A stretch of 64,000 nt of DNA from an uncultured Spirochaetota bacterium (GTDB taxonomy: Bacteria > Spirochaetota > Spirochaetia > SZUA-6 > CAVTHK01), in contig CAVTHK010000009.1 of NCBI GenBank assembly GCA_963734495.1, forward strand, positions 96,001 to 160,000, read 5' to 3'. Position numbers and translations under genes: made by a program. Shown piece by piece: positions 60,986-64,000 of this stretch. Every line of letters starts with the position of its first letter. Positions within the stretch are counted from its first letter, which is position 1. A model generated the notes under the pieces. It saw only the letters and a list, made by a program, of their open reading frames with translations. It was not told where the DNA came from and did no database searches.

Positions 60986-62545
60986 ATGCGGGTCATCCTT
61001 CTCCGCCCGCCGCGCTATGTCTGGCCATTCAACAGTGAGACGTCTGCCTTCTGGCAGCCTCTGGGGTTCCTCTGCCTCGCGGCCGCTGTGCGGGAGAGGA
61101 TGCCGGAGGCGCGCGTCGAAGTCTGGGATTGCCCCGCCGAACGATGCGGGTGGAAGAGCCTGCGCAGCCGATTGGCCGCGCAGCGCGTCGACGTGCTCGG
61201 GCTGGGGGAAGAGACCGTCTCGGCCCACGAGGCTCTGCGGGCCGCGCGGATGGCGCGGGACCTGCACCCGGGCTGCACCGTGGTCGCCGGGGGGGTGTAC
61301 TTCGCGCACGCCATCGCGCAGACGCTCGCGACCGGGCTCGTCGACGTCATCGTGCGCGGCGAAGGCGAGGAGACCTTTGTCGAGCTGCTGCGGAGCGCCG
61401 GCGACCGCGCGGCGTGGCCCGGTGTCCGCGGTGTCGCTTTCCGCGACGGCGACGGGCAGGTCAGGATCACGCCACCGCGTCCGCTCGTCGCGGATCTCGA
61501 TTCGCTTCCGTTTCCCGCCTTCGACCTGCTGGACATGGGCCTGTACGGAAGGGGCTCGCACAATCATCCGGACCTCACGAGCATCGAGCACTCCCGCGGC
61601 TGCGTCGACTCCTGCTCATTCTGCATCCTGTGGAAACACATGGGCCGGAGCATCGACGGCAACGGCATCTACCGGCCGTACTACCGCAGCAAGAGCGCCC
61701 GGCGGAGCTTCGAAGAGGTCCGCTGGCTGCACGAGCGGTTCGGCCGCCGCACCTTCGGCTGGGTCGATCCCACCTTCAACGCGTCGCCGCAGTGGAGCGA
61801 CGAATGGGCCGACCTGATGCTCGGCAGCGATCTCTGCGGCCCGCGGGGCAGGTGCCGTACCCTGCACACCGCCTGGGTGCGGGCCGACTGCCTCGTCCGG
61901 GACCACGAGCTGGGCGTCCTGCGCAAGCTCGTGAGGGCCGGGCTGCGGCAGGTCATGGTCGGCGTGGAGCGCGACCGCGATCGGCGATCTGTCCCTGCTC
62001 GGCAAGCATGGCCAGGCCGCGGAGACTTGCGCGCGAAGCGTTCGCCATCCTCCGGCAGCATTACCCGGAAGTCTACAGCATCGGCTCGATGATCTTCGGC
62101 CTGCCGCGCGACACGCAGCGGACGACTTGCGGCGGATCATGCGCTACCAGCTACGACGTCGGCATCGACTTCGCTTTCCTCATACCGTTCACGCCCAATC
62201 CCGGCAGCGAGATGACCGAAGACGTTCGAGCGCTCGGGATACGTGGCCAACAGGGATTCGGCGAGCTACAACTTCCACACCCCCGTCTGCCGGACCGATA
62301 CGCTGGACCTGCGCCAACTGGAGTCGCTGTTCTGGCGTCTTGATGTTCGTTGCCGACTTCCGCTGGATCAAAGAGGCGGTCAAGCGAGTCTTCTTCGAGC
62401 GCGACCGCCGCCGGCGACGCCTTCATCGAGCGCTGCGGGGCAAGGGCGCCTGCATCGCGGTGCGGGCGCTGGTCCGCCGCGTACTCCACCCCGGGACCCG
62501 AGGCCGACCGTCTTCTCGAGGAGGCCTTCATGGTACGACAAGTGA
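60986..62545 (+). CDS. Cobalamin-binding radical SAM protein (BchE-like), frameshifted at the 3' end
   Basis: QPLG.L.LAA, GGVY, VRGEGEETF, DLDSLPFPA, SRGCVDSCSFC, VGVE, FTPNPGS. Confidence 0.85.
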
Positions 62546-63756
62546 ATCGTGCCGCGACCAGGGTCGTGGCCGGCGTGCTTCTGTTTCTCGCGTTCGGGGC
62601 CGTCCTCTGGCACCTGCTGGCGTGCGAGAGCGCAATGTCGTTCTCGCCGGACGGAAAGAGACTCGCGTTCGCGACGACGAACAACATGGTGAATGAGGCG
62701 AACCAGAGCGCCAGGGTTTACCGGCTCATGGTCCTGGACGACGGCACGGATCTGCGGCTGGTGGAAGAGGCGACGGAGAACGCGCTCTCAGCGCCGGCCT
62801 TCAGCCCCGATGGGAAGCGGATCTGCTACGTGCGCATGCCCGCGGAAATGCCTCAAGGGACCGAGTCCTCTGACTCCGAGAGGCACGCAGAACTGTACAC
62901 GGACAACCGGACCCTTCCCGACGCACTGTTTGTGCTCGCGCTGAGGCGCGGTCCCGTGGTGGACGCGATGCTGGTGATCCGGGATGCCGAGCAATTCACC
63001 GTCCTGAACCAGATCGGTATCAGGCTGCTGGCGCCGAGCGAACCGCCGCAGGAATGCTGGGCCGAGCGGCCGCAGTACTCGCCCAACGGGGACTGGGTCT
63101 ACTTCTGTGCCGGTGCGCAGCTCATCCGCGTCGATCCCGTGAGCGCGCGCCAGGAGACGCTGGCTGCGCCGGCCCTCTGCGCCCAGCTTTCGCCGGACGG
63201 CAAGACGGTCGCGTTCCTGACTCCGTCTTCGTCGGGCGATCCCGCGCTTGGCATCCTGAAGACGGACGGCGAGGTTGCCGTCTATCGCCGCTTGGACGGA
63301 TCACGGACCCCGCTCCTGGGCCTGACCTGGAAGGACAACCAGACGGTCGCAGTGCTGGATGTGAAGGGCGGGCCGGCCTTGCAGCTGTTCGGCACGGACG
63401 GATCACGATCGGGCACGGTCCATTCCGGCGCTCCCCTCGATTCGGGCAACGACGGTCTGGGCGAGCTGGCCTTGTCACCCGACGGTCGGAGCATGGTAAT
63501 CAGCTGCTGGGACACGGTGCTGTTCATGGATGCCGGGGGCGGCGTCCGATCCAGGTGGAAGCAGGCAGATAAGGACGAGAGCCTGTTGCAGCCGGCCTTT
63601 GCCCCGGATTCGAAGCAGGTCGCCTTCAAGTTGGCGGTCGGTCGCGTCGGGGAGATGAACACAAAGGCGATCGTGTTCTTCAGTGTCGACGGGAAGGAGA
63701 TTTCGAGGGTCAGGATCCCCGCACCCAAATGGCCGGAAGCGAGTGTCTCGAAGTGA
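62530..63756 (+). CDS. TolB/PD40-like beta-propeller exported or membrane-anchored protein
   Basis: N-terminal TM helix; repeated FSPDGK, YSPNG, LSPDG and FAPDS units. Confidence 0.8.
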   Translation: MVRQVNRAATRVVAGVLLFLAFGAVLWHLLACESAMSFSPDGKRLAFATTNNMVNEANQSARVYRLMVLDDGTDLRLVEEATENALSAPAFSPDGKRICYVRMPAEMPQGTESSDSERHAELYTDNRTLPDALFVLALRRGPVVDAMLVIRDAEQFTVLNQIGIRLLAPSEPPQECWAERPQYSPNGDWVYFCAGAQLIRVDPVSARQETLAAPALCAQLSPDGKTVAFLTPSSSGDPALGILKTDGEVAVYRRLDGSRTPLLGLTWKDNQTVAVLDVKGGPALQLFGTDGSRSGTVHSGAPLDSGNDGLGELALSPDGRSMVISCWDTVLFMDAGGGVRSRWKQADKDESLLQPAFAPDSKQVAFKLAVGRVGEMNTKAIVFFSVDGKEISRVRIPAPKWPEASVSK

Positions 63757-63765
63757 GGCATCCTC

Positions 63766-64000
63766 GTGCCGGATCCCGCTGACATCTTCGCGCTCGTGTG
63801 CTCGAGCTCGCACCGCTTCGTCGTAGGCGGAGAGTCCCTGCCGCTGTGCCAGCGGTGCCTGGGGCTCTACGTCGGCTCCCTGGTGACGCTGATCGCATTG
63901 ATCGCGCTGCGGGCGCGCCGGCAGGGACTACCGCGCTGGCCCGTTCTCGCCGTGCAGTCGGCGCTCCTGGCCCTTGCCCTTCTCGGCGGCATTCACGTGA
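63766..64000 (+). CDS. DUF2085-like membrane protein (runs off the window)
   Basis: GTG at 63766; VCSSSHRF..GGESLPLCQRCLGLYVG followed by hydrophobic helices. Confidence 0.7.
   Translation, partial: MPDPADIFALVCSSSHRFVVGGESLPLCQRCLGLYVGSLVTLIALIALRARRQGLPRWPVLAVQSALLALALLGGIHV

Noticed and set aside
60986-62545. bchE / photosynthesis gene
   Set aside because: Only family-level similarity, and no bch or puf genes in the window.

Overview
This is a very GC-rich chromosomal window, most likely from an anaerobic Spirochaetota (Spirochaetia-like) genome. The taxonomic call is an inference from flgF-flgG-flgA-flgI-flgJ with no flgH, a rod-binding-only FlgJ, and spirochaete-style solute-binding protein N-termini. 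Many genes carry single-base frameshifts that look like long-read assembly errors. In order, the window holds: (1) 1-12.5 kb, an uncharacterised catabolic island with four paralogous FAD-dependent oxidoreductases, a LarA-like protein, a collapsed UxuA-like remnant, a sugar-type ABC transporter and two mirrored copies of an unknown large+small gene pair; (2) a KamA radical SAM + ATP-grasp + ATP-grasp-GNAT fusion + unannotated 58-aa ORF operon; (3) a divergent ThyA coupled to an aldo-keto reductase; (4) ArsR + heavy-metal P1B ATPase; (5) an exported/FecR/lipoprotein cluster followed by two tandem wHTH+GT-A-like genes; (6) nrpR-gdhA plus a convergent RecA-like/PPDK-N dikinase-like gene; (7) an MFS transporter, an apiosidase-like protein, a second ABC transporter, EamA, a methyltransferase, a GATase-like protein and a CDF transporter; (8) sigma28-driven flagellar genes; (9) HAD, FHA, PduO, hcp, a HEAT-repeat adenylate cyclase, a C45 Ntn hydrolase, a hybrid histidine kinase and a B12-radical SAM operon. 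No rRNA, tRNA, CRISPR array or mobile element was recognised. Family and DUF names come from motif recognition only; no searches were run.
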